Shown: piece by piece, positions 16,827 through 26,046 of the stretch
How positions within the stretch are numbered: position 1 is the first letter of the stretch
How the letters are laid out: the number at the start of each line of letters is the position of its first letter
From: a virus
Lineage: Duplodnaviria; Heunggongvirae; Uroviricota; Caudoviricetes
Length of the DNA: 64,000 bases
IMG/VR virus record: IMGVR_UViG_3300035182_000695
Coordinates: 26,755 to 90,754 of that record
Strand: one strand, 5' to 3'
Notes under the pieces: generated by a model
What the model was told of the DNA's origin: nothing
What the model saw: only the letters and a program-made list of their open reading frames with translations
The model's database searches: none
Translations under genes and position numbers: made by a program

Positions 16827-18434
16827 ATGGAATTTTTAGAAATCTATTGGACCGACGTGTACAAAACAGGTCACAAACCAATGCTTCCAGTTGGAAGTAC
16901 ATTGATGGCTTCAAACAACACGCCTAGAAGCGACAAGAACACAAACTGCCCGAACAACGGAGAGCTAGTTGTTTTTGGAGGTCAAATGTTAGTTCGCAAA
17001 ATGAAAAGAGATTGGGACGTTAACTTCTTTCAACGACCTATTGAAGAGATTGATAAGTTTGGAGAAGACTTAACTAAAATGTTAATGCTATCTGAGCCTT
17101 ATGACACTACTCACTTTAAAGAGTTGCATCAATTAGGCTACTTGCCAGTAAGAATTAAATCAATGCCTGAGGGTAGTGTAGTGCCTTACAAAATACCTTC
17201 GTTCACTATTGTAAACACTCAGCCTTTAAATGGCGTTATTGTTGATTGGTTAGTGAATTATTTAGAAACAATTTTATCTGCTGAATCTTGGCAAGCGCCA
17301 ACATCTGCAACATTCTCTCGCTCTCTTAGAAAATTAGGAAAAGAGTGGATTATGAAAACTGATGAGAAAAATCTTTGGTTTTTAGATTATCAGTTTCACG
17401 ATTTCTCTATGCGTGGAATGGGCGGTAAATCCGCAATTGTGAATTCGGGTTTAGGGTTCGCAACTAGCTCAAGAGGTTCTGACACGCTTCCTGTTATTCC
17501 TGCCGCTCGAATGTACTATGATGAAGTTGAGCCTTGTATTAATTCAGTTATTGCGTCAGAACACGCTATTATGTGTTCCTTGACAGGCTTCTTTATGCAG
17601 AACTCGGACGGAAATTGGGATAAAGTTGCTGATTTTGAATATGAGATGTTTGTTTACTTGTTGAAGAAATTCCCTAACGGTATTTTATCTTTAGTAATGG
17701 ACACTTGGGATTTATGGAGAGCTATTACTCAGTATTGTGTTAGAGCAAAAGATATTATTATGGCTCGAAACGGTAAATTAGTAATTAGACCTGACTCAGG
17801 AAATCCTGCCGATATTATTTGCGGAATAAACAGTAAAGATAGTTTGAGTAGTGATGTTAAGTGCTTCGCTGATTTACATCACAAAGCGTATGGAGAAGGT
17901 GTTCATAAATTCGGCGGAGATATTATCAACGAGAATCAATTTAAAGGCGTTATAGAGCTTTTGTATGAAATATTTGGAGGAACTATAAATGAACAAGGGT
18001 ATAAAGTTTTAGATTCTCATATCGGCGCTATTTATGGAGACAGTATCAATTATAAAGCTGCTGTTGAAATATTCACTAGACTTGCTAAAAAAGGATTCGC
18101 TTCAACAAATATTGTTCTTGGCATCGGCTCTTACAGTTTGCAATTCGTAACGAGAGACACACACTCGATGGCTCAGAAAGCAACTTACATTGAAGTTTGC
18201 GGAAAAGGAATAGAAATCTTTAAAGACCCTATTACTGATGGCGGAATGAAAAAATCAGCTAAAGGATTATTAATGGTTTACAAAGATGATGCAGATGGAA
18301 AAATTAAGTTGAAGGACCAATGTACTTGGGAACAAGAGCGTCAAGGATTGCTTCAAGTTATATTTGAAGACGGTAAATTTTACAACGAAACAACTCTTAC
18401 TCAAATCAGAGAGAGATTAAATTCAACACTATAA
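16827..18434 (+). CDS. Nampt-family nicotinamide phosphoribosyltransferase homolog (NadV-like; candidate Namat of a NARP1 pathway)
   Basis: 535 aa; multiple blocks alignable to NAMPT: IKSMPEGSVVPYKIPSFTIVNTQP, FHDFSMRGMGG, VIRPDSGNPADII, GIGSYSLQFVTRDT, IEIFKDPITDGGMKKSAKGLL. Confidence 0.7.
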   Translation: MEFLEIYWTDVYKTGHKPMLPVGSTLMASNNTPRSDKNTNCPNNGELVVFGGQMLVRKMKRDWDVNFFQRPIEEIDKFGEDLTKMLMLSEPYDTTHFKELHQLGYLPVRIKSMPEGSVVPYKIPSFTIVNTQPLNGVIVDWLVNYLETILSAESWQAPTSATFSRSLRKLGKEWIMKTDEKNLWFLDYQFHDFSMRGMGGKSAIVNSGLGFATSSRGSDTLPVIPAARMYYDEVEPCINSVIASEHAIMCSLTGFFMQNSDGNWDKVADFEYEMFVYLLKKFPNGILSLVMDTWDLWRAITQYCVRAKDIIMARNGKLVIRPDSGNPADIICGINSKDSLSSDVKCFADLHHKAYGEGVHKFGGDIINENQFKGVIELLYEIFGGTINEQGYKVLDSHIGAIYGDSINYKAAVEIFTRLAKKGFASTNIVLGIGSYSLQFVTRDTHSMAQKATYIEVCGKGIEIFKDPITDGGMKKSAKGLLMVYKDDADGKIKLKDQCTWEQERQGLLQVIFEDGKFYNETTLTQIRERLNSTL

Positions 18435-18443
18435 AAACAATAC

Positions 18444-18477
18444 GGTCCTTGTGTAAAAGCAAGGACTGTTTTTAAAA
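18444..18477 (+). terminator. Rho-independent terminator after the Nampt-like gene
   Basis: GGTCCTTG-TGTAAAAG-CAAGGACT stem-loop followed by GTTTTT. Confidence 0.5.
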
Positions 18478-18485
18478 AAAATAAA

Positions 18486-18962
18486 ATGAAAGTATTCGTA
18501 GTAGGCAAAACAACATTTGACAAAGTGATGCTTGAAAAAGGAATCACAAATGAAAACGTAGAGAGTAGAGAAAAAACTTTCTTCATCTCTATAAACGATA
18601 CTTGTGGCACAGATGAAGTTCCTTACTTTGAAAATAAATCGAATGTAAAAGTTTTATTTTTTGATGACATTGAAGAAGACTTAGAAGTTCCAATTCGTGG
18701 AACAGATAAATTTCGCACCGTTAAAGCGTTTAATAAAAATCAAGCCGAAGAGTTATTTGAATTTATTATATCTCATAAGAATAAAGAAACTTGCATTGTG
18801 CATTGCGCTGCCGGAATAAGTAGAAGTGGAGCGGTTGGAACTTTTATAAATGATTTTTTTAAAGGCGATTTCTTTGAGTTTAAAAAAACAAACCCTTATA
18901 TCCACCCTAACCCTACTGTTACTCGATTATTAAAAGAAGTTGCTAATGAGAAACAACCATAG
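18486..18962 (+). CDS. CX5R protein-tyrosine/dual-specificity phosphatase-fold protein
   Basis: 158 aa; IVHCAAGISRSGAVG = HCxxGxxRS(G) P-loop of the PTP/DUSP superfamily. Confidence 0.55.
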   Translation: MKVFVVGKTTFDKVMLEKGITNENVESREKTFFISINDTCGTDEVPYFENKSNVKVLFFDDIEEDLEVPIRGTDKFRTVKAFNKNQAEELFEFIISHKNKETCIVHCAAGISRSGAVGTFINDFFKGDFFEFKKTNPYIHPNPTVTRLLKEVANEKQP

Positions 18963-19050
18963 CGAACGCTCTACTCACGCTTTAATCATTGCTTACATAG
19001 CATTAGCATTATCTTTAATCAGTATAGCAATAACACTAATAAAAAACTAA

Positions 19051-19371
19051 ATGAAAACATACATAATTTGTGCGGCAAATCATTATGACGATGGAGCGGA
19101 ACACGTTCATCAACCTAAAAATATTAAAACAGGTTTTGTTGTTTGCGGACATAGACATCACAACTGCATTATGATATTTTCAATAATGGTTGGATTTCCT
19201 TATGATGAAAAAGGACGAGCATTACAAGATACTGAAATTCAAGGATTCTTGACTAACACAAATGAATTTGTAGATAGAGTGGAAGCGAGAGAAATTGCTT
19301 TAAAAGCAGGACAGTTAGAGGGAAGAAAAGTACATCACGAAACAAAATTATTTTCAGAAGATTTATACTAA
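19051..19371 (+). CDS. hypothetical His/Cys-rich protein
   Basis: 106-aa ORF. Confidence 0.45.
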   Translation: MKTYIICAANHYDDGAEHVHQPKNIKTGFVVCGHRHHNCIMIFSIMVGFPYDEKGRALQDTEIQGFLTNTNEFVDRVEAREIALKAGQLEGRKVHHETKLFSEDLY

Positions 19372-19372
19372 A

Positions 19373-19582
19373 ATGAGACTAGATAATTTACAGTTCGCAA
19401 AAGACATAATGACTAAGCGATTAATAGAAGATAAGCAGTCAATGAAAGAGTGCTGCGAATTAATCGGCACGAGTCCTGCAACACTATCAAGAATTGAACG
19501 TGGCGCTATGCCTGAGCTAATAACTTACGCTAACATTTGCAAATGGCTCAATAAAGATTTAACTACTTATATAAAAGAATAA
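19373..19582 (+). CDS. XRE-family helix-turn-helix DNA-binding protein
   Basis: 69 aa; CCELIGTSPATLSRIERGAMPELITYANICKWL matches the HTH_3 pattern (xxxLAxxxGxSxxxxSxxERG). Confidence 0.5.
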   Translation: MRLDNLQFAKDIMTKRLIEDKQSMKECCELIGTSPATLSRIERGAMPELITYANICKWLNKDLTTYIKE

Positions 19583-19587
19583 AAAAA

Positions 19588-19983
19588 ATGGTTGATTTAG
19601 ATTTACGAAAATTACTTACTTCTAAAACTGAAAGGTGCGCCGAAGTTTTAGAATTGCAACATATTTTAAAAGAGTCCAAAGATGGATATTTTGGAATTAA
19701 AACATTGACTTCGTTACAAAAAAAGTTTAACAGAAGTGATGTAGCTTTGTGCCAATTAAAACAATTAGGTGTTGAAGTGAGAAGCCAAATACCTAATTCT
19801 GAAATATGGTGGATGCCGAATTTAGAAAAAGAATATTTGAAAAAGAATATTTCTTATCATACATTGCTTGGCGAGTTTATTGGAACGCTTGAGGGAATAG
19901 TCCATTGGGAAATTCCAAAAGAATTGGAAGATAAATTAAATGCTCAAATTTTAGATTTAAGAAAGCGAACACTTAACGGTTAA
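19588..19983 (+). CDS. hypothetical protein (possible peptidoglycan-binding-like motif DGYFGIKTLTSLQKKF)
   Basis: 131-aa ORF. Confidence 0.4.
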   Translation: MVDLDLRKLLTSKTERCAEVLELQHILKESKDGYFGIKTLTSLQKKFNRSDVALCQLKQLGVEVRSQIPNSEIWWMPNLEKEYLKKNISYHTLLGEFIGTLEGIVHWEIPKELEDKLNAQILDLRKRTLNG

Positions 19984-19987
19984 TAGT

Positions 19988-20683
19988 ATGAGTGAATCAA
20001 GCATTGAACTTAAAGTAAAAAACTTTGCTAGAAAACTAGCTAAGAATAAACACTATCCTGTTACTCACACAGTAGGTGAGTTTGGAAATAAAGTCATAGG
20101 CGCTAAATTACTTCTTCGTAAAGATTTAAAATACTCTCAATTACTAGAACTATATAACGCTTCGTTTACTAAACCTAAAACAAAATCCAAATTCGCTTAC
20201 ATTGCAGTTAAAGAATGGATGGATAGCCTTTATGTAGTTGCTCACACTTTACCTAAGCCAGAAATATCAGACTCAGATGAGATTTTAAATAACGCATTAA
20301 CTAAATGGTTTGAAGGAGCTACATTGATTGAGTTCGCTAACCATTACGAAATGTCAGAAGCATATATTCGAGAGATTAAAAAAGCAAGAAATAACGGTAC
20401 TGACTTCAAACACAATATAATGTTAGGCTCTGATGCCGATTATATTAAATTCAAAAAGAATCCAAATAAAAAAGACTCTCTGATTGCTTATTGCGACAAA
20501 GAAGAAATAACTACAAAGCACGGCAAGTATAAATTAATTAGAAAACAAAGCAACATTCAAGGTGTTAAACACAGGCTTGTAATAGTTGATTGCGAAACAG
20601 ATGAAGATTATCTAGTGTTTAATAGATACGAAAACAAAGATGCGATTTATTCATTCTTAAATTTCTTAAACTCAAATGGCTAG
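19988..20683 (+). CDS. hypothetical protein
   Basis: 231-aa ORF; overlaps the next gene by 8 nt. Confidence 0.55.
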   Translation: MSESSIELKVKNFARKLAKNKHYPVTHTVGEFGNKVIGAKLLLRKDLKYSQLLELYNASFTKPKTKSKFAYIAVKEWMDSLYVVAHTLPKPEISDSDEILNNALTKWFEGATLIEFANHYEMSEAYIREIKKARNNGTDFKHNIMLGSDADYIKFKKNPNKKDSLIAYCDKEEITTKHGKYKLIRKQSNIQGVKHRLVIVDCETDEDYLVFNRYENKDAIYSFLNFLNSNG

Positions 20684-21191
20684 AGCGAAACTGATAGAAA
20701 GTGATTTATCAAATTTGACAGTAGGCGAGTTTTATAATATTCGATGCGCTAAACTAATTAATCATCTTGGAACTTTCATCAAATATGTTCCAGTTATAGG
20801 AGACGCACATAGAGACAAGCAATTTGGATTTGATTACACTCACTTGCATATTGACGGCAGATTCGCTTCATCTAATCCGGCATCTGATTATTCTGTTAGA
20901 GAAGATGGCACAACAAATGGGGTTGTTCTTTTCGGAGAAGTTGCCGACTGTAATCATTTTGCAAAAGAAATCGTTGTTAGAAAAATGAAGTGTAGAAGAC
21001 TAGGCACAGGAATAAACCCTCCAGTAGAAGCTAAAAAATATTTTGATTGGAAAAAATCAATGATTGGAAAGAGTTGCAAGGGTAAGAAGTGTCCTCATTT
21101 AGGATTCGAGATGATTGAAAGCAATGGGCTTTTAGTTTGTCAATTACACAATCTTATTGGTAGCATTGATACAGAGACAATTATTTGCTAG
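20676..21191 (+). CDS. Rieske-type [2Fe-2S] motif protein, paralog 2
   Basis: 171 aa; CKGKKCPHLGFEMIESNGLLVCQLH, and an N-terminal block HLHIDGRFASS aligning to HYHIDTRFIDT of 6086..6589. Confidence 0.45.
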   Translation: MARAKLIESDLSNLTVGEFYNIRCAKLINHLGTFIKYVPVIGDAHRDKQFGFDYTHLHIDGRFASSNPASDYSVREDGTTNGVVLFGEVADCNHFAKEIVVRKMKCRRLGTGINPPVEAKKYFDWKKSMIGKSCKGKKCPHLGFEMIESNGLLVCQLHNLIGSIDTETIIC

Positions 21192-21203
21192 TTAACAATC
21201 GAG

Positions 21204-21296
21204 TGTTAATAATTATTTTCAAAATAAATTTGCGCATCTGAATTAATGTTGTACATTTGTGTAACATTTAAGTTAAACACTATTAAAATCAAGGCA
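21204..21296 (+). promoter_or_regulatory. Conserved promoter/leader element, copy 4
   Basis: TGTTAATAATTATTTTCAAAATAAATTTG(21229-32)...TACATTTG(21252-59)...TGTAACATTTAAGTTAAACA. Confidence 0.6.
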
Positions 21297-21752
21297 ATGA
21301 GCAATCAACAAAAACCATTAAGCTCTGTAAGAGTAAACGAAAAAATCAAGATAATTGATGAAGATATTATCGCAAAGTTACCTAAATTAAAAGACAAAAC
21401 TCTAATCTGCTCAGTTATCAAAAAAAGCGGCAATAGATTGTTTTTTCAATATGTTTCTCCCGAAACTGGCTCAGGAACATTAAAAGTAACTTCAAATCCA
21501 ATGTGCGAAGTGCTTGGAGTTGAAAACATTTTAACTCTTTCTAAATTCATTATTGATTATAGAGATAAAAACGAGCGTCCTACCGTGCTTGTTTTGAATA
21601 TTAACGGCTCTTTATCAACTTTTGATGTAGATACTCGATTTTGGGAACAAAACCCCTCTAACATCAAATTAAAGTTCTTAAAAAAGAATATGAGCTTATA
21701 CTCTGTTCCAGGTTCTGCAATCGTTAATCAAATGTTAAACTCTAAACAATAA
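21297..21752 (+). CDS. hypothetical protein (start moved to MSNQQ; the track ORF begins inside the promoter element)
   Basis: Track ORF 21246..21752; the first 17 codons lie within the conserved leader, so the ATG at 21297 is preferred. Confidence 0.55.
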   Translation: MSNQQKPLSSVRVNEKIKIIDEDIIAKLPKLKDKTLICSVIKKSGNRLFFQYVSPETGSGTLKVTSNPMCEVLGVENILTLSKFIIDYRDKNERPTVLVLNINGSLSTFDVDTRFWEQNPSNIKLKFLKKNMSLYSVPGSAIVNQMLNSKQ

Positions 21753-21757
21753 AAAAA

Positions 21758-22276
21758 ATGACACCTACATTTTTAGATAAAATCAAAACTGCTGTTAGAA
21801 CAGCTAATCACCATCACGATTTATTAACAAGTGAAATGGTTGAAGAGGTTATGCCTAGCGTTGTCGAAGCTATTAATGCTCAAGCTAAGCGTATGAATTA
21901 TGACGGATTTACATACAATTCGGCAGCGTCAGATTATCCCGCAATGATTTATAGTTTACTTTATGAATCTTGCATTAGAGAAGTTGTTTTAAAGTACTTA
22001 GAAGATAATCATCAGTTCGCTTGGTTTAAACCAATGTACTTTGATGCGAGAGCGCAAGAAAAATTATTTGCGAATAAAACTCAAGCAGAAGGTAGAATGA
22101 ATAGAGACGGAAATACTGTTACGGAAGTTGTTATGCCGCTAGATTTCGGAAACAGATATGTAAACGACACTAAAAGAAAGAGACGCCAAAAACATAAGCC
22201 TGCTGAGTTAAAATACTTCAAAGGTTACTATACTGTTAATGGCGTTAAAAAACAAACAGACGCACAATTAAAATAA
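21758..22276 (+). CDS. hypothetical protein
   Basis: 172-aa ORF. Confidence 0.55.
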   Translation: MTPTFLDKIKTAVRTANHHHDLLTSEMVEEVMPSVVEAINAQAKRMNYDGFTYNSAASDYPAMIYSLLYESCIREVVLKYLEDNHQFAWFKPMYFDARAQEKLFANKTQAEGRMNRDGNTVTEVVMPLDFGNRYVNDTKRKRRQKHKPAELKYFKGYYTVNGVKKQTDAQLK

Positions 22277-22441
22277 AAAATATGTTCACTAAAAAAGAAA
22301 TATTAACCCGACTCATAATAATTCTACTTTCAATGTGTGTTGTTGAATTGGTTAGATTTTTATATGCACACGATTACTGCTTCACGGCCGGCTTTATTGT
22401 TTACTGTTGCGCATCTTCTGTAATATCTAAATATATTAAAA

Positions 22442-22849
22442 ATGATTAACGAAGAAATGGAATTTAAAGATGTTCTTAAAAAAGAACTAGCGGTTAAGTT
22501 GAAACACTTTGGCTACGACGAGCCTTGTAATTATGTTTGGCGTGGAGAAGATTTAGAGTACTGCTATCAATCAGGCAATCATTCATCTCTAGCTAAAAAT
22601 AGTGAGATGTCTGGCGTTGGAAACGAAGATTATTGGGTGTCAGCTCCTACATACGAGCAAGTTAAAGTTTGGTTTATGGAAAAGCATTTAATGTTTATAA
22701 ATGTAACCTGCGAAAAGTGGCTTAGTAATTTTATGGGCGAAGTAGAAACAGAATCAGAGTACAGTAAATTACCAATTGTGTATGATTATTTTGAAGCGTT
22801 CGCACTAGCGATTGAAGAAGCAATTAAATTAAAAAAAGCATCTGCATAA
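22442..22849 (+). CDS. hypothetical protein, YQQIVDWL-family paralog 4 (diverged)
   Basis: 135 aa; ...APTYEQVKVWFMEKHLMFINV. Confidence 0.5.
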   Translation: MINEEMEFKDVLKKELAVKLKHFGYDEPCNYVWRGEDLEYCYQSGNHSSLAKNSEMSGVGNEDYWVSAPTYEQVKVWFMEKHLMFINVTCEKWLSNFMGEVETESEYSKLPIVYDYFEAFALAIEEAIKLKKASA

Positions 22850-22852
22850 ACT

Positions 22853-23209
22853 ATGTGTAAGTTCAAACTACCTAGACTCAAACAATGTGAAAAGTGTCCT
22901 TGGAAAAAGACTACTAATCCGTATGATATACCTGACGGCTATGATGTTGAAAAACATAAAACTCTTACTTCTACAATTAGAACAGGAGATGATTTATTTC
23001 AACAAACATCGAACATGGCGTGCCACCATTCGGACGGAGAAGATTCTATGTATTGCGTTGGCTGGCTACACAATCAGTTAGGTGTTGGCAACAACATTAT
23101 GCTTAGACTGCAAATGATGAATTGTGAAAACATCGGGAAAATAAAATTAGTTGGCGCTCAGCACGAAAGATTTGAAGATACTTTACCGAAAGAAATTAAA
23201 AATAAATAA
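22853..23209 (+). CDS. Cys/His-rich hypothetical protein
   Basis: 118 aa; CxxC at the N-terminus, further Cys/His downstream. Confidence 0.5.
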   Translation: MCKFKLPRLKQCEKCPWKKTTNPYDIPDGYDVEKHKTLTSTIRTGDDLFQQTSNMACHHSDGEDSMYCVGWLHNQLGVGNNIMLRLQMMNCENIGKIKLVGAQHERFEDTLPKEIKNK

Positions 23210-23210
23210 A

Positions 23211-23426
23211 ATGGCTACTAAAAAGAAAAAGAAATTAAAGTCTGTTAAATCTCAATACTCAGGCAATTCATCTCAAGGATTTTGGGACATAGTTAACTCA
23301 ATAGAAAACGAATCCGATAAACAGGAATTATATTCTCTTGGAGTTGCTTTACAGAATATGGAAAGCTATGTTCTGAGACAGTTGAAAAATGTAAAAAAGT
23401 CTTACGTTTCTGATAAAAAAATTTAA
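23211..23426 (+). CDS. small basic hypothetical protein (start at MATKKKK)
   Basis: Track ORF 23151..23426; the internal ATG at 23211 follows the upstream stop. Confidence 0.4.
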   Translation: MATKKKKKLKSVKSQYSGNSSQGFWDIVNSIENESDKQELYSLGVALQNMESYVLRQLKNVKKSYVSDKKI

Positions 23427-23662
23427 TGAAGTGTATAGTAAAAGCGATGAACGAAACAGAATACAAGCCTAGAGCCAAATGGTGGGGTTTTGTTATAGGT
23501 GATTTTCGTTATCTATGCCGTTACAATCATATATTTTGCGTATTCTCTAAAACAAAAGTTATTTACTCGCATCACGAAACAGTAACGGATAAAGCAGGTG
23601 TTAACTTTGCAATAAAATATTTTAATGAAAATCTAAAAAAAGAAGAAAATGGCAACAACTAA
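23426..23662 (+). CDS. hypothetical protein
   Basis: 78-aa ORF. Confidence 0.45.
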   Translation: MKCIVKAMNETEYKPRAKWWGFVIGDFRYLCRYNHIFCVFSKTKVIYSHHETVTDKAGVNFAIKYFNENLKKEENGNN

Positions 23663-24005
23663 AACAAAACAACGCTCACAAATCCACATTAACGATAAAG
23701 CTTGTAGGACATTTATTTCAAAACTAACAGAAGCGGAATTGCTTTATGTTCGCAGTAACATAGACATAGTTCAATCGTTACGAGATTTAGTAAATGAGAA
23801 TAGACAATGTAGATTTTCAAAGCAAGAATTTATTGAACATTTTCAAATCAAGCCTTCTCAATATAATAATTTCATTAGCGGAAATTGGGATTACGATTTG
23901 AGAACTTTCGCTAAAATAGAAACGGCTCAAGAATCAATAAATGGCAGAAAGGCAAGAAAGTTGCGCAAAGAAGCAATGATGAAAAATGCAACAGAAGCAG
24001 CTTAA
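23649..24005 (+). CDS. hypothetical protein
   Basis: 118-aa ORF. Confidence 0.5.
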   Translation: MATTKTKQRSQIHINDKACRTFISKLTEAELLYVRSNIDIVQSLRDLVNENRQCRFSKQEFIEHFQIKPSQYNNFISGNWDYDLRTFAKIETAQESINGRKARKLRKEAMMKNATEAA

Positions 24006-24010
24006 ACAAA

Positions 24011-24214
24011 ATGGAAATATACAGAGACGAAAAAGCTGATACTGTTAGCTTCATTGATTTTAAAGGTAAAGATGAGAGTCTTTTATATCTATTGATTTTA
24101 AAATACTTAAATGACAATAAAATAAGCTATGTGCAACCGTCAAATAAAATAGTGATAACAAGATTTCACTTTGAGCAAATAAATGAAGTTTTACTAAAAG
24201 AAATAGATAGATAA
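24011..24214 (+). CDS. small hypothetical protein
   Basis: 67-aa ORF. Confidence 0.4.
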   Translation: MEIYRDEKADTVSFIDFKGKDESLLYLLILKYLNDNKISYVQPSNKIVITRFHFEQINEVLLKEIDR

Positions 24215-24377
24215 AAAATGGCTAGAGCAAATAGAAAAAAAACAAAACCAACAGTAAAGTCAAATAAGCAAGGCTCTTCAAAAGGCGGCGCTAAATTAGG
24301 ATATGTTCAGTTTTCAAAAAACAATAATACTCTTCGTAAGATAGACGCATCTAACTTTTATTTAAAAAATAAAGAAA

Positions 24378-24731
24378 ATGAAAATTAAATTTACATTAAA
24401 GAAATTAGGAGATACAGATTACTACTTACTTAGCGATGAAAAAATATTCGGCGAAGGATTTAGATTTGATTTACAACGTAACTCTGTCGGGTTTATTGAT
24501 GATGATAACTACTATAATAATTATCCAAATGATTTCAAAAAAATAATCGCATCTACAAATCATTTACAAAATACATCAATGATAGATTTTTTAAACCTAT
24601 TCGATGTTTTTGATAATAAGCCGCTAGAAGCAAAGAAGTGTTCTTGGACTGTTATTGCAGAAACAGATGTTAACAACAAAATAAAAATAACTGACGGTTA
24701 CGTTAAAATATTATCCATCGAAAATGACTAA
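24378..24731 (+). CDS. hypothetical protein
   Basis: 117-aa ORF. Confidence 0.5.
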   Translation: MKIKFTLKKLGDTDYYLLSDEKIFGEGFRFDLQRNSVGFIDDDNYYNNYPNDFKKIIASTNHLQNTSMIDFLNLFDVFDNKPLEAKKCSWTVIAETDVNNKIKITDGYVKILSIEND

Positions 24732-25464
24732 AGAAGAAGTATTACAGAAATGTACAATTGAAGGATTTAATGTCAAATTACCTGATGTTAACTTAGACAG
24801 AAAAGTATATTTAGAAGTAAGTAAATCACTTGAGCTGATTGGCGGAAAGTGGACTAGCGGAAAAATAAAGGCATTTGTTTTTAAAGAAGACCCAACCGAG
24901 TTGTTATCCCAAATAGCAAATGGAGATAAAAGGAACTTAAAAAAAGAATTTCAATATTTTGAAACGCCTCCCGAAATAGCAGACTTTATAGTTAAAGAAT
25001 CGGAGCTTAAAGAAAATCAATCTGTGCTTGAGCCTAGCGCAGGTCAAGGCGCTATTGTAAAAGCAATCAATAGATTATATCCTAATAAAAAAGTTAGCTG
25101 CTATGAGCTAATGCCAGTAAATCAAACTATCTTAAAAAAGATTGATACTGTTGATTTTTTAGGAGAAGATTTTTTAAATACAGATAATAAACAAAAGTTT
25201 GAGGTTATAATTTCAAATCCGCCTTTCTCAAAAAACCAAGATATAACTCACGTTAGAGAAATGTATGAGCGTTTAGAATTCGGAGGTAAGTTAGTTGCGA
25301 TAACATCGAAGCATTGGGAATTATCTACTAATAAAAAAGAAACTGAGTTTAGGGAATGGCTTAAAGACGTTTACGCAGAAGAGCTTGATATACCTGCCGG
25401 CTCATTTAAAGAAAGTGGAACGCAAATAGCAACTAAAATTTTAATAATCAATAAATACTATTAA
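24724..25464 (+). CDS. N6-adenine DNA methyltransferase (gamma-class motif order), orphan
   Basis: 246 aa; motif X FETPPEIADFIV, motif I EPSAGQGAIV, motif IV NPPF (VIISNPPFSK). No adjacent restriction endonuclease recognised. Confidence 0.55.
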   Translation: MTKEEVLQKCTIEGFNVKLPDVNLDRKVYLEVSKSLELIGGKWTSGKIKAFVFKEDPTELLSQIANGDKRNLKKEFQYFETPPEIADFIVKESELKENQSVLEPSAGQGAIVKAINRLYPNKKVSCYELMPVNQTILKKIDTVDFLGEDFLNTDNKQKFEVIISNPPFSKNQDITHVREMYERLEFGGKLVAITSKHWELSTNKKETEFREWLKDVYAEELDIPAGSFKESGTQIATKILIINKYY

Positions 25465-25465
25465 A

Positions 25466-26038
25466 ATGAGATTAATTAAACTATACAACCATTATTATTT
25501 ATTAAGTGATTTTGAGCCTAAACTTTTTGATGTAGTTTACAGTCCATTAATAGTTGAATCAATTTGGGACGGAATTAGCTTTGAAATAACAATGCTTAAC
25601 TCGGATTTAATGGCTCTGTACCCTAATGAGTTTGCGAAAGTAAATTCTGTAATTGCTTCTACTGATGTTGAACTAAATATACACATACTTAATTTACAAC
25701 AATGCGAGCAAGTTAGTAAATTAAAAAGTAAAGACAATTCGACTCAGAATTTGTTTACTCATACTGATATGAAAAAATGTTTTTCAAGAGGTATTTCTTT
25801 TGGCATAGCATCTGTTAAAGACAAAGATACGGAAGCCTTTAAATTTAGTACATTAATAAAATCTCTTAAAGACGGATTTCCTAAAGAATGGGATATTGAG
25901 ATAGAAAAAATAAAATGCTCTGATGAAGATGGTTGTTATCTTTCAGAACAATTCGGAAACAAAGAAGAGTGTTACCGTGGCTGCAAAATATTAAAACCAA
26001 AATTATTTAACGGACATATTAATATAATACTAAAATAA
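25466..26038 (+). CDS. hypothetical protein
   Basis: 190-aa ORF. Confidence 0.55.
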   Translation: MRLIKLYNHYYLLSDFEPKLFDVVYSPLIVESIWDGISFEITMLNSDLMALYPNEFAKVNSVIASTDVELNIHILNLQQCEQVSKLKSKDNSTQNLFTHTDMKKCFSRGISFGIASVKDKDTEAFKFSTLIKSLKDGFPKEWDIEIEKIKCSDEDGCYLSEQFGNKEECYRGCKILKPKLFNGHINIILK

Positions 26039-26046
26039 AAAATAAA

